A DNA stretch of 25,755 bases, from NCBI GenBank assembly GCA_050122915.1, contig JASFIA010000001.1, positions 1 to 25,755 of the forward strand. The letters run 5' to 3'. The stretch's first letter is position 1. The number at the start of each line of letters is the position of its first letter. A model generated the notes under the pieces. It had not been told where the DNA came from. It saw nothing but the letters and a program-made list of their open reading frames with translations, and did not search any database. This DNA is from Desulfobacterales bacterium (lineage in GTDB: Bacteria > Desulfobacterota > Desulfobacteria > Desulfobacterales > UBA5852). Shown here piece by piece: positions 1-7,533 of this stretch. Position numbers and translations under genes: made by a program.

Positions 1-126
1 TGGAGTTTTACGACGATCGGCGGTTACACCCTTTTGGTGGGTGACGCGGAAGACAGCCCGGTGGTGGACGACGAGGGCAGCCAGCACCAGTTCAGAGGGT
101 TTTTCCTGGTCAATTTTCACTTCTAG
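1..126 (+). CDS. 3' end (partial) of MipA/OmpV-family outer membrane protein
   Basis: Manual frame +1 translation WSFTTIGGYTLLVGDAEDSPVVDDEGSQHQFRGFFLVNFHF*, TAG 124-126. Matches the MipA C-terminal pattern (Y-x-x-L-x-GDA-x-DSP-hh...G-S-x-x-Q) and ends in Phe like beta-barrel proteins. Confidence 0.75.
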   Translation, partial: WSFTTIGGYTLLVGDAEDSPVVDDEGSQHQFRGFFLVNFHF

Positions 127-132
127 ACGGAT

Positions 133-152
133 GCCCGGCGCTCGTGCCGGGC
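133..152. terminator. GC-rich hairpin between convergent genes, possible terminator or pause site
   Basis: gcccggc-gctcgt-gccgggc 7-bp stem just after the MipA stop; no clear U-tract. Confidence 0.3.
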
Positions 153-257
153 CTGAAGGCTCATTTAGAGCGCCGATTCCTTTATGTTGGAAGGGAATCG
201 GCGTTTTGTTATCGGAGAAGTGGGGGGCGCCCTCGGATGGGGGGGCCTGGCGGAGTG

Positions 258-767
258 TTATTCTTTTCCGACCCCGATATCGGGCAGGTGGACGAGGTCG
301 GCTTCGGCTGCGACCAGACCGTCGGGGTCGGCATAGACGTAGCAGCCGTGGCGGATGGTTATCCCGGCGAACTGGACGACTCCGCCCCGTTGCCCCCCTC
401 CCGTCTTTCCGCTCATTACGGGCACCGCCGCCAGGGCCATCAGACCGACGGGCAAGCCGGCGATTTCCGTCGTGTTCCTAATGTGGCCGAATACAATCAT
501 TCCGGCCCAACGGTTCCTCATCGCCAGATGCACCAGTTGGCCCCCCACCAGGGCGCATCGGCTGGAGCCGCCCCCGTCGACGACCAGTACCCGTCCTTTC
601 CCGTCGCATTCGAGGATTTCTCTGACCAACCCATTGGTCTCGAAGACCTTGACGCATTCCGCTTGGCCGTGGAAATGGTCGATGCCGCCGAAATGCCTGA
701 GCACCGGCTTGGCGATTTGAATCCGGTCCCCGAAGAGGTCGCACAAATCGGTGGTCTTGACGGTCAT
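258..767 (-). CDS. rraA: RraA-family protein (regulator of RNase E / HMG-aldolase fold), probably non-catalytic
   Basis: TTDLCD N-terminus, VLVVDGGGS-x-RCALVG, YVYADPDG. ATG at 767 has GGAG 6 nt upstream and is preferred over TTG 779. Confidence 0.88.
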   Translation of the reverse strand: MTVKTTDLCDLFGDRIQIAKPVLRHFGGIDHFHGQAECVKVFETNGLVREILECDGKGRVLVVDGGGSSRCALVGGQLVHLAMRNRWAGMIVFGHIRNTTEIAGLPVGLMALAAVPVMSGKTGGGQRGGVVQFAGITIRHGCYVYADPDGLVAAEADLVHLPDIGVGKE

Positions 768-904
768 GGCATACTCCAACGCATCGGAATTCTATAGCGC
801 AGACGGAGCGCGGGTCCGGCCCGACACTCACCGGCTACCATATCCGGATGATGCTTCGGAAGCAAGTCGGGGGATGAGATGCAGGGTCATGGGGGCGGAG
901 CGTA

Positions 905-932
905 TTGAAATCATCAGGAAATGGGGTATAAT
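905..932 (+). promoter_or_regulatory. sigma70-type promoter upstream of PilZ gene
   Basis: TTGAAA (905-910), 16 bp spacer, TATAAT (927-932). Confidence 0.6.
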
Positions 933-1123
933 TGTTCCACTCGCTCTCTTCGCTCCAGCGATTGGTCGCCGAGGGTGTCATTGCCGGCGGTCGGCTTTCC
1001 GATCGCTTTGGGGCGGCTGGAGAGAAAATGGGATGCCGAGATACGGAGCGATTCACGGTTTCCTGCTCGGATTCAACGGTGGATCGAATCCGCGGCGGCG
1101 TTGATGGAGGCACCAGGAGAGAA

Positions 1124-1447
1124 ATGAAACCACACGACGAAGCGTTCGAGCGCAGTTTCAGGAAGACTTCCAACACCGAGGGGCGAGTGCATGTGAGAAT
1201 CCAGTGCTCGGAACCCACCTATTTTTCGAGTAATCGCACCCTGTTCGAGGGAACCATCAGCAATATCAGCGCAGGCGGTACCTTCATCCGCACCCGGGGA
1301 CGGTTCACTCTCGATCAGGAGGTCATTGTGGCCGGCACGTTCGAGGATGGCGGTCCAGAAGAAAAGAGATACGGTAAAGTCGTCAGAGTCGAAGACAACG
1401 GCATCGCCGTGGCGTTCATTACAAAGGATTTTCTTCGCAGGCCCTGA
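1124..1447 (+). CDS. Stand-alone PilZ domain protein (c-di-GMP receptor)
   Basis: RVHVR (RxxxR) and NISAGG (D/NxSxxG) motifs, GKVVRVE..GIAVAF C-terminus; AGGAGA RBS before ATG 1124. Confidence 0.85.
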   Translation: MKPHDEAFERSFRKTSNTEGRVHVRIQCSEPTYFSSNRTLFEGTISNISAGGTFIRTRGRFTLDQEVIVAGTFEDGGPEEKRYGKVVRVEDNGIAVAFITKDFLRRP

Positions 1448-1732
1448 CACGCCTCCTGGCCCGATATCAGTTCTCCAAGATCCCCACTGGATCCGTGGGC
1501 CCTGTCCGGCTTTTCGACGGATGCCTCCTCCTTCCAGCTGTCTTGTATACCAGACGCTTCATCCGGCCGTTCTTTCCTATTTTCCTTCCTGTTGTCCCGA
1601 ACGAATCTTCTTGGCCGTGGGGCATTCGGGCTCTCAATCGCCTCGGTGCCTTCGCATTTGCAGAGACCGCCGGGGAAGACCCGTCGGTCGGGATTGCGGG
1701 TGTATGCCTTGAAGGGGAAGGGGAGGTGGGCG

Positions 1733-2476
1733 CTATCCCCGGATATCTGCCGCAATCTGTTCCAATCCCTTACTGATCAGTCCGTGGCAGAGGGCCATGA
1801 GTTCCTTGGTGCTGAGGCGGTCGACCTCGTCTCGGCTGACTTCCGGAAGGACCCTCAACGCCAGCCGCCGGCGGCCGGAAATCACGAGGCGGCCTTTGGG
1901 TATCGCATCAGCCGTGCCGTCGATGACGATGGGCAGGATGGGGGTCTTGGCCTTTTTGGCCAGCATAAAGGCGCCGGCCCGAAACGGTTTGATGCTCCCG
2001 TCCTCGGACCGTGTTCCCTCGGGAAATAAAAACACAGAGCTTCCTTCCTTCAGGGCTGCCCTGCAGTCTGACATCATCTGGCGGATGCTGGTCGTATCTT
2101 CCCGCTTGAGTCCGATGTACCGGTTGAGGACCATATTCCAACCCACGAAGGGCACCCGAAAAAGCTCCGCCTTCGCCACCCATTTGAAATGGAAAAAAAG
2201 CCGGTAGGCAACCAATATGTCCAACAGGGACTGGTGGTTGGAGATGACGACATAGGTTTTGCGCGGATCGATGTGCTTCCTGCCGGATATGTCCAACCGC
2301 CAGAAGGGGTTGACCCAGAGGTAAAGGGACGCCCATAGACAGGAGTACCGGTGAAGAATAACCAGCCGTCGATCCCACCAGACCGTGCAGAGCCACAGGA
2401 CGACCGCCACTGGGAAGAGAACCGAGGAGGAAACAATAAAGAAAAACAGATATAGAGCGGAGAAGAATCTCATCAT
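1733..2476 (-). CDS. plsC: 1-acyl-sn-glycerol-3-phosphate acyltransferase (PlsC family)
   Basis: NHQSLLD (HX4D), FPEGTRS, PILPIVIDG motifs; N-terminal hydrophobic segment. Confidence 0.93.
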   Translation of the reverse strand: MMRFFSALYLFFFIVSSSVLFPVAVVLWLCTVWWDRRLVILHRYSCLWASLYLWVNPFWRLDISGRKHIDPRKTYVVISNHQSLLDILVAYRLFFHFKWVAKAELFRVPFVGWNMVLNRYIGLKREDTTSIRQMMSDCRAALKEGSSVFLFPEGTRSEDGSIKPFRAGAFMLAKKAKTPILPIVIDGTADAIPKGRLVISGRRRLALRVLPEVSRDEVDRLSTKELMALCHGLISKGLEQIAADIRG

Positions 2477-2535
2477 CGCTGGCTATCTTTCCTGACCGGT
2501 GAAGATGATCTTGCCACCAGGGCATTGGGGTGTCC

Positions 2536-2544
2536 ATTATAACA
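2536..2544 (-). promoter_or_regulatory. Extended -10 promoter element for plsC
   Basis: Reverse complement reads TGTTATAAT (TGnTATAAT), about 60 nt upstream of the plsC start; -35 is poor. Confidence 0.5.
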
Positions 2545-2696
2545 CGGCCCATCCTCTCGCGATAGGTCCGGCTGGTCCAGGGGCGACCCTGGGGCTCGAC
2601 AGGACCGTAAGTCAGGGTCGGAGCCGGGCGGCGATGGGGGGGGCAGAGGGTATCGCTGCCGCAGATGAACGGGGATCAAACCAGTGAATGCCTCTC

Positions 2697-2750
2697 TTTG
2701 ACCGTTTTGTGAATTGGGTTGACAATTTTTGACTGTTTGTGATTGATTCA
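2697..2750 (+). promoter_or_regulatory. Promoter and phased direct-repeat operator of the DeoR cluster
   Basis: TGA cores at 2699, 2710, 2720, 2730, 2740 (units TTTGACCGTT, TGTGAATTGG, GTTGACAATT, TTTGACTGTT, TGTGATTGAT); consensus TTGACA at 2719-2724. Confidence 0.65.
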
Positions 2751-2787
2751 GGGAAACTTCCCGAAAGCGCCTCTGAAAGAACCGGTC

Positions 2788-3609
2788 ATGGATACCAAGA
2801 ACGCTTCTGGCCTCATACCGGCACAGCGTCGCAGCCTCATTCTCGAGCTGATACGCCAAAACGGAGTCATCTCCGTCCAAGAGCTCTCCGATGTCATCGA
2901 CGTGTCTCTGTCCACCATTCGCCGTGATCTTTCCTGGCTGGCAAGGGCGGGCGCCGTGCACCGGAGCCATGGAGGCGCTGCCCTGAAGACCCGCCAGGCA
3001 ACGACATTCGAACCGTCCCATCAGGTGTCTTCACGGGTCGCTCATCGAGAAAAAGCCGCCATTGGGAAACGGGCCGTCGAGCGGTTAGAGGCCCACCAGA
3101 GCGTCATCTTCGATTCCAGTTCCACCGTATATGAGGCAGCTCTCCAGGTTGTCCGGGAGGGGTTGCCACTGACCGCAGTGACCAACGATATTCGTATCGC
3201 AGGGCTGCTTGCCGAGTGCTCGTTCATAAAGCTCATCGTGAGCGGAGGATCCCTTCGCGAGGGATCCTGTACCCTGCTGGGGGAGCCGGGGGCGACCTTT
3301 CTGCGAAGACTTCACGTGGATGTTGCCCTCATCGGCATTCATGCCATAACCGACGCCACCCTCTGCGACACCTCCACGGACGTCGCCGAGGTCAAGCACC
3401 ACATGGCGGCGGCAGCCAAGCGGGTCCTGGTACTGGCGGATGCCGCCAAGTTCAATTCCCTGGCCTTCTGTGACGCGATCGATTTGAAAGCCGTGGATGA
3501 GATCATTACCGACCAGCGGCTCGATCCCGGGAGTCGCCGACGTCTTGAGAAGCAGGGCGTTCACCTGTGCATTGCCGTTCCGGAGGCAGACGATCCCGGC
3601 TCCAGATGA
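2788..3609 (+). CDS. DeoR/GlpR-family transcriptional regulator
   Basis: N-terminal HTH (RRSLILELIRQNG..SVQELS..VS.STIRRDL..L..RSHGGA), EK.AIG..A, IFDSSSTV, TNDI, D.A.IG, LADAAKF. ATG 2788 chosen because the GTG 2743 start lies inside the operator. Confidence 0.95.
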   Translation: MDTKNASGLIPAQRRSLILELIRQNGVISVQELSDVIDVSLSTIRRDLSWLARAGAVHRSHGGAALKTRQATTFEPSHQVSSRVAHREKAAIGKRAVERLEAHQSVIFDSSSTVYEAALQVVREGLPLTAVTNDIRIAGLLAECSFIKLIVSGGSLREGSCTLLGEPGATFLRRLHVDVALIGIHAITDATLCDTSTDVAEVKHHMAAAAKRVLVLADAAKFNSLAFCDAIDLKAVDEIITDQRLDPGSRRRLEKQGVHLCIAVPEADDPGSR

Positions 3610-3703
3610 CAGTCTCACCGGTTCGTGCGGGGGCGGCCGGTTCCTAGATTCTTTGACGTCCCCGGGCTTCCGGTTCGGCGCTACCGAAAAGGAGGATCAC
3701 CCA

Positions 3704-4549
3704 TTGGCTAAAAAACTCACCCGATTCGATCTTCAGCAAATGAAGGATAACGGACGAAGGGCCGTGTGGATGACGGCCTACGATTTCATCACCGCGAAGC
3801 TGGCGGAAGAGGCCGGCATGGACATGCTGCTGGTGGGCGACAGCCTCGGAATGGCCGTTTATGGCTATTCCGGCACCGTGCCCGTCACCATGGAACAGTG
3901 CATCTATCACACCGAAGCCGTGCGTCGAGCTGCGCCCGGCACCTTCGTGATCGGGGACATGCCCTTCGGGGCCTACCAGACCGGTGTCACGGATGCCTGC
4001 CGCAACGCCATCCGTTTTCACAAGGAAGCCGGTGTCGACTGCATCAAACTGGAAGGCGGCACTCGGGTGTCCGCAATCATCAGGGCGATCTCCGATGGCG
4101 GTATGCTGGTCATGGGCCATGTCGGGTTGACCCCTCAGAGCTCTGCCGCCATGGGCGGCTTCAGGGCCCAGGGGCGAACGGTTGACAGCGCTCGCGCCAT
4201 TATTGAAGATGCCAAGGCCGTCTGCGGCGCCGGGGCTTTTTCCGTGCTCGTAGAAGGGGTGCCGCCGGAAGTCACGGAGGTCATCCGGCGCGAGATTCCC
4301 ATCCCGGTGTACGGGATCGGGGCCGGTGACTGCGACGGCCAAGTCATGATCTGTTCGGACATTCTTGGACTATTCCAGGCGTTCACCCCAAAATTCGTCA
4401 AGCGATACGGAAACCTGGCGGAGGAATACCTGAAGGTGTTCACCGCATACGCGGATGACGTTCGAAGCGGAAAATTCCCCGGCGAATCTCACGTTTACCG
4501 CATGGCGGAGGGAGAAGCCGCAAAACTATCCCAAGAATGGAAACGATGA
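3704..4549 (+). CDS. panB: 3-methyl-2-oxobutanoate hydroxymethyltransferase (PanB/KPHMT family), possibly catabolic paralog
   Basis: TAYD, LLVGDSLGM, GDMPF, IKLEGG, GHVGLTPQ, GIGAG..DGQV, PKFVKRY; TTG start 3704 with AGGAGG RBS. Confidence 0.93.
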   Translation: MAKKLTRFDLQQMKDNGRRAVWMTAYDFITAKLAEEAGMDMLLVGDSLGMAVYGYSGTVPVTMEQCIYHTEAVRRAAPGTFVIGDMPFGAYQTGVTDACRNAIRFHKEAGVDCIKLEGGTRVSAIIRAISDGGMLVMGHVGLTPQSSAAMGGFRAQGRTVDSARAIIEDAKAVCGAGAFSVLVEGVPPEVTEVIRREIPIPVYGIGAGDCDGQVMICSDILGLFQAFTPKFVKRYGNLAEEYLKVFTAYADDVRSGKFPGESHVYRMAEGEAAKLSQEWKR

Positions 4550-5859
4550 CCATGGCCGACAGAGCCTTTTCCCTTGGATACGGAAAGGGGCGGATGGCGT
4601 TCGCCATCCCCGAGACCCATCTTCTCTACGAGCTGGTGGGTCGAAACCGCAGACCGCCCGCCGACCTGCCGACAGCCTACCGGCATGCCCTGGAACACCC
4701 CGTCGACAGCCCGCCCCTGAGGGAGATCGTCCGGCCGGGCGAGACCGTCGCCATCACAGTGAGCGACATCACCCGTGGGTGGCAGCGGAATCCCCTCACT
4801 CTGCCCATTCTCGTCGATTGCCTGAACGAGGCGGGGGTTTCCGACGATGACATCACCGTGATCATCGCCGTCGGCGCTCATCGGCAGAATACCCGCGACG
4901 AGGTCGTCGAACTCTGCAGCGAGGCGGTCTGCCACCGGGTGCGGGTCGTCAACCATGACGCCTGGGACTCGGCCAACATGGTCTCCTTCGGGAAAACGAG
5001 CCGGGGGACCGAGGTGGCTCTCAGTCGTATCGCCGTTGAGGCGGACCGGCTGATTCTGACCGGCGGTGTCATCTACCATTACATGGTGGGGTACGGGGGC
5101 GGACGCAAAAGCGTCATGCCGGGCGTCGCCTCCCTTAAAACCATCCAGCAGTGCCACATGTGGGCCATGGCCGGTGAGGTTGGAAAGGGCTCCAACCCCC
5201 TGGCAGCCAACATGAAAACCCGGGGCAACCCCGCTCACGAGGACATGATGGAGGTGGCGGCCTTTATCCAGCCCGACTTCATCGTCAACGTGGTGCCGAA
5301 CCTGGACGGTGACATCACCGGCATTTTTGCCGGGAACTGGGTGTCGGCCTGGTGGGAGGCAACGCGAATGGTCGACGGGATTTTCGGGGTGCCCATCAGG
5401 GAGCGGGCCGATATTGTCATCGCCTCGACCGGTGGCTATCCGAAGGACATCAACCTCTACCAGACACAGAAAACCATCGACAACGCCGTCTATGCTATGA
5501 AACCGGGGGGGGCGGCGATCATTCTGGCGGAGTGTCCCGACATCATGGAGCCCAGGGAGTTTTTCGACTGGTTCAACCATCCGTCGGCCCTGCAGTTGGA
5601 ACAAGCGGTCAGGGACCATTTTCTCATTTCCGGCTGGGTGGCCGTCCGCCAGCTGGAGTACTGCCAACAGGGCACCATTATTCTCGTGACGGAGGAGAAA
5701 AACCTTGAATTGGCGCGGCGGGCGGGGGTCATTCCGGTCACTACTACGGCGGAGGCCCTGCAATTGGCCTACGACAGCTGCGGCGCCGATCCCCCCAGTG
5801 TTACAGTCATGCCCCAGGGGGCGAACACTTTTCCCATCCTCGAGCCGACACCGGCCTGA
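4546..5859 (+). CDS. larA: LarA-family nickel-pincer-nucleotide racemase/epimerase (paralog 1)
   Basis: SDITR, AVGAHR, HYMVGYGGGRKSVMPG, downstream His (QQCH), DINLYQTQK, GGAAIILAEC; ATGA overlap with the panB stop. Confidence 0.9.
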   Translation: MTMADRAFSLGYGKGRMAFAIPETHLLYELVGRNRRPPADLPTAYRHALEHPVDSPPLREIVRPGETVAITVSDITRGWQRNPLTLPILVDCLNEAGVSDDDITVIIAVGAHRQNTRDEVVELCSEAVCHRVRVVNHDAWDSANMVSFGKTSRGTEVALSRIAVEADRLILTGGVIYHYMVGYGGGRKSVMPGVASLKTIQQCHMWAMAGEVGKGSNPLAANMKTRGNPAHEDMMEVAAFIQPDFIVNVVPNLDGDITGIFAGNWVSAWWEATRMVDGIFGVPIRERADIVIASTGGYPKDINLYQTQKTIDNAVYAMKPGGAAIILAECPDIMEPREFFDWFNHPSALQLEQAVRDHFLISGWVAVRQLEYCQQGTIILVTEEKNLELARRAGVIPVTTTAEALQLAYDSCGADPPSVTVMPQGANTFPILEPTPA

Positions 5860-5923
5860 TGATGGGGCGGATTACCGTGAGCGTTTTCCCGAACCCCAAA
5901 CCACTCAGGACAAGGAGGAATTC

Positions 5924-6928
5924 ATGGGCAAGCGAATGGCAGCAGCAGTGATTCTGGCAGTGACCCTGGCGCTGATGGCGGTGCCGGCATTGGCGGCGAC
6001 CGTCCTCAAACTGGGAACCTCAACCCAACCCTCCCACATCTACAACGTGGCGGCTGAACACTTTGCCAAGATCGTTGCCGAGAAATCCAATGGAGCCCTT
6101 GAGGTTCAGGTGTTCCCGGCAGCCCAGCTGGGCTCCGAGCGGGACATGGTGGAGGGACTTCAGTTGGGATCCCTTGAAATGACCCTGACCTCCACCGGCC
6201 CGTTGGGCAACTTCGTCCCCCAGGTCAAGCTGTTCAATCTTCCCTTTCTCTTCAAGGACCGGGAGACCTGCTACAAGGTGTTGGACGGCCCGGTCGGCAC
6301 ATCGATCGCCGACAAGTTTCCGGCGGTGGGTATCCGTTCTCTGGGCTGGTTTGAAAACGGGTTTCGAAACGTCACCAACTCCAAGCGGGCCATCATGGCT
6401 CCCACCGACATGGACGGCCTGAAAATCAGGGTGATGGAGGATGACGTCTTCATCCTGACCATGAAATCCCTGGGTGCCAGCCCCCTGCCCATGGCTTTTG
6501 GAGAGCTCTACACCGCACTGGAGCAGAAGACCGTCGATGCCCAGGAAAACCCTCTGGCCGTCATTCATTCCTCACGGTTCTTCGAGGTTCAGAAGTATTT
6601 GGCCATGACCGGTCATTTTTATTCGCCGGCGATGCTTCTCATCAGTGAAATCACCTGGAAGTCCCTGTCGCCCGAGCACCAGAGCATCATCACCGACGCC
6701 GCCGCTCAGGCGAGGGATTTCGAGCGGAAAATTTCCCTCGAGGCCGATCAGAAACTCGAAGCGGAGCTGAAGGCGGCGGGTATGACGGTCACCCATCCGG
6801 ACAAAACGCCTTTTGTCGAGGCGGTTGCAGGCGTCTACGAAAACCCCTCCGTGCTGAAGGCCATAGGCGGGGGGGATGCGGCGGAGGGACAAAAATTGAT
6901 CGAGGCCGTCCGCAACGCATCGAACTAA
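5924..6928 (+). CDS. dctP: TRAP transporter periplasmic solute-binding protein (DctP family)
   Basis: Signal peptide (..AVPALA), QLGSERDMVEGLQLG, LFNLPFLF, GLKIRVM, MAFGELYTALEQKTVDAQENP; AAGGAGG RBS. Confidence 0.95.
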   Translation: MGKRMAAAVILAVTLALMAVPALAATVLKLGTSTQPSHIYNVAAEHFAKIVAEKSNGALEVQVFPAAQLGSERDMVEGLQLGSLEMTLTSTGPLGNFVPQVKLFNLPFLFKDRETCYKVLDGPVGTSIADKFPAVGIRSLGWFENGFRNVTNSKRAIMAPTDMDGLKIRVMEDDVFILTMKSLGASPLPMAFGELYTALEQKTVDAQENPLAVIHSSRFFEVQKYLAMTGHFYSPAMLLISEITWKSLSPEHQSIITDAAAQARDFERKISLEADQKLEAELKAAGMTVTHPDKTPFVEAVAGVYENPSVLKAIGGGDAAEGQKLIEAVRNASN

Positions 6929-6964
6929 TTCCCATCACGCTATGTCAGCATGACAGCGCAGATA

Positions 6965-6996
6965 CCGGTCCAGACCGAATCCTACGGCTGGACCGG
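6965..6996 (+). other. Intercistronic stem-loop after dctP, probable mRNA-stabilising structure
   Basis: ccggtccag (6965-6973) pairs with ctggaccgg (6988-6996), with an inner ccg/cgg stem; no U-tract. Confidence 0.45.
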
Positions 6997-7044
6997 CGAT
7001 GCGAGCCGATGGGTTTCACCTTTTGCGATCGGGAACCTTGACCC

Positions 7045-7533
7045 ATGCAAACCCTTCTGTCGTGGATGGACCGAATGATCAATTGGGCGCTGGCGGTCCT
7101 GATGGCTGCCATGGTGGTGGTCATCGCTGCTCAGGTCTGGTACCGATTCGTCTTAAACGATCCCTTATCCTGGTCTGAGGAACTGGGGCGCTATCTCTTT
7201 GTCTGGATTTCTTTTATGGGGGCCGCCGCCGGCGTCCGTTACCAGGTGCATCTGGGGATCGATCTGCTCCAGAAGGTCCTGCCCCCCAATGCCTACAGGA
7301 TCATGGTCATCCTGATGAACGTCATCATTCAGGTGTTTCTGGTGACCGTCATCTACTGGGGATTCAAGATCCTGGGGATCATCCGGTTTCAGACCAGCGC
7401 CTCGATGAATGTCTCCATGCTCTATCCCTACCTGGCCGTACCGGTTGGGTGCATTTTCATGCTGATCAATTCCTTGAGGGTATCCGCCGCCGCCTTCCGG
7501 GGCCGTCGTCTGGACCGGGAGGTGATTCTATGA
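7045..7533 (+). CDS. dctQ: TRAP transporter small permease
   Basis: Four hydrophobic segments; QVWYRFVLNDPLSWSEELGRYLFVWISFMGAA, HLGID. Confidence 0.93.
   Translation: MQTLLSWMDRMINWALAVLMAAMVVVIAAQVWYRFVLNDPLSWSEELGRYLFVWISFMGAAAGVRYQVHLGIDLLQKVLPPNAYRIMVILMNVIIQVFLVTVIYWGFKILGIIRFQTSASMNVSMLYPYLAVPVGCIFMLINSLRVSAAAFRGRRLDREVIL

Noticed and set aside
932-1123. N-terminal extension of PilZ from TTG 932
   Set aside because: Start overlaps the -10 box, has no RBS, and the extension is not domain-like; ATG 1124 has a good RBS.
2473-3021. 182-aa minus ORF upstream of plsC
   Set aside because: Antisense to deoR and runs through its operator and the plsC promoter; low-complexity translation.
4495-5763. 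422-aa minus-strand ORF and other long antisense ORFs (e.g. 3644-4342, 7758-8594, 9413-10291, 15995-16720)
   Set aside because: Shadow ORFs opposite well-supported genes in GC-rich DNA; no recognisable motifs.
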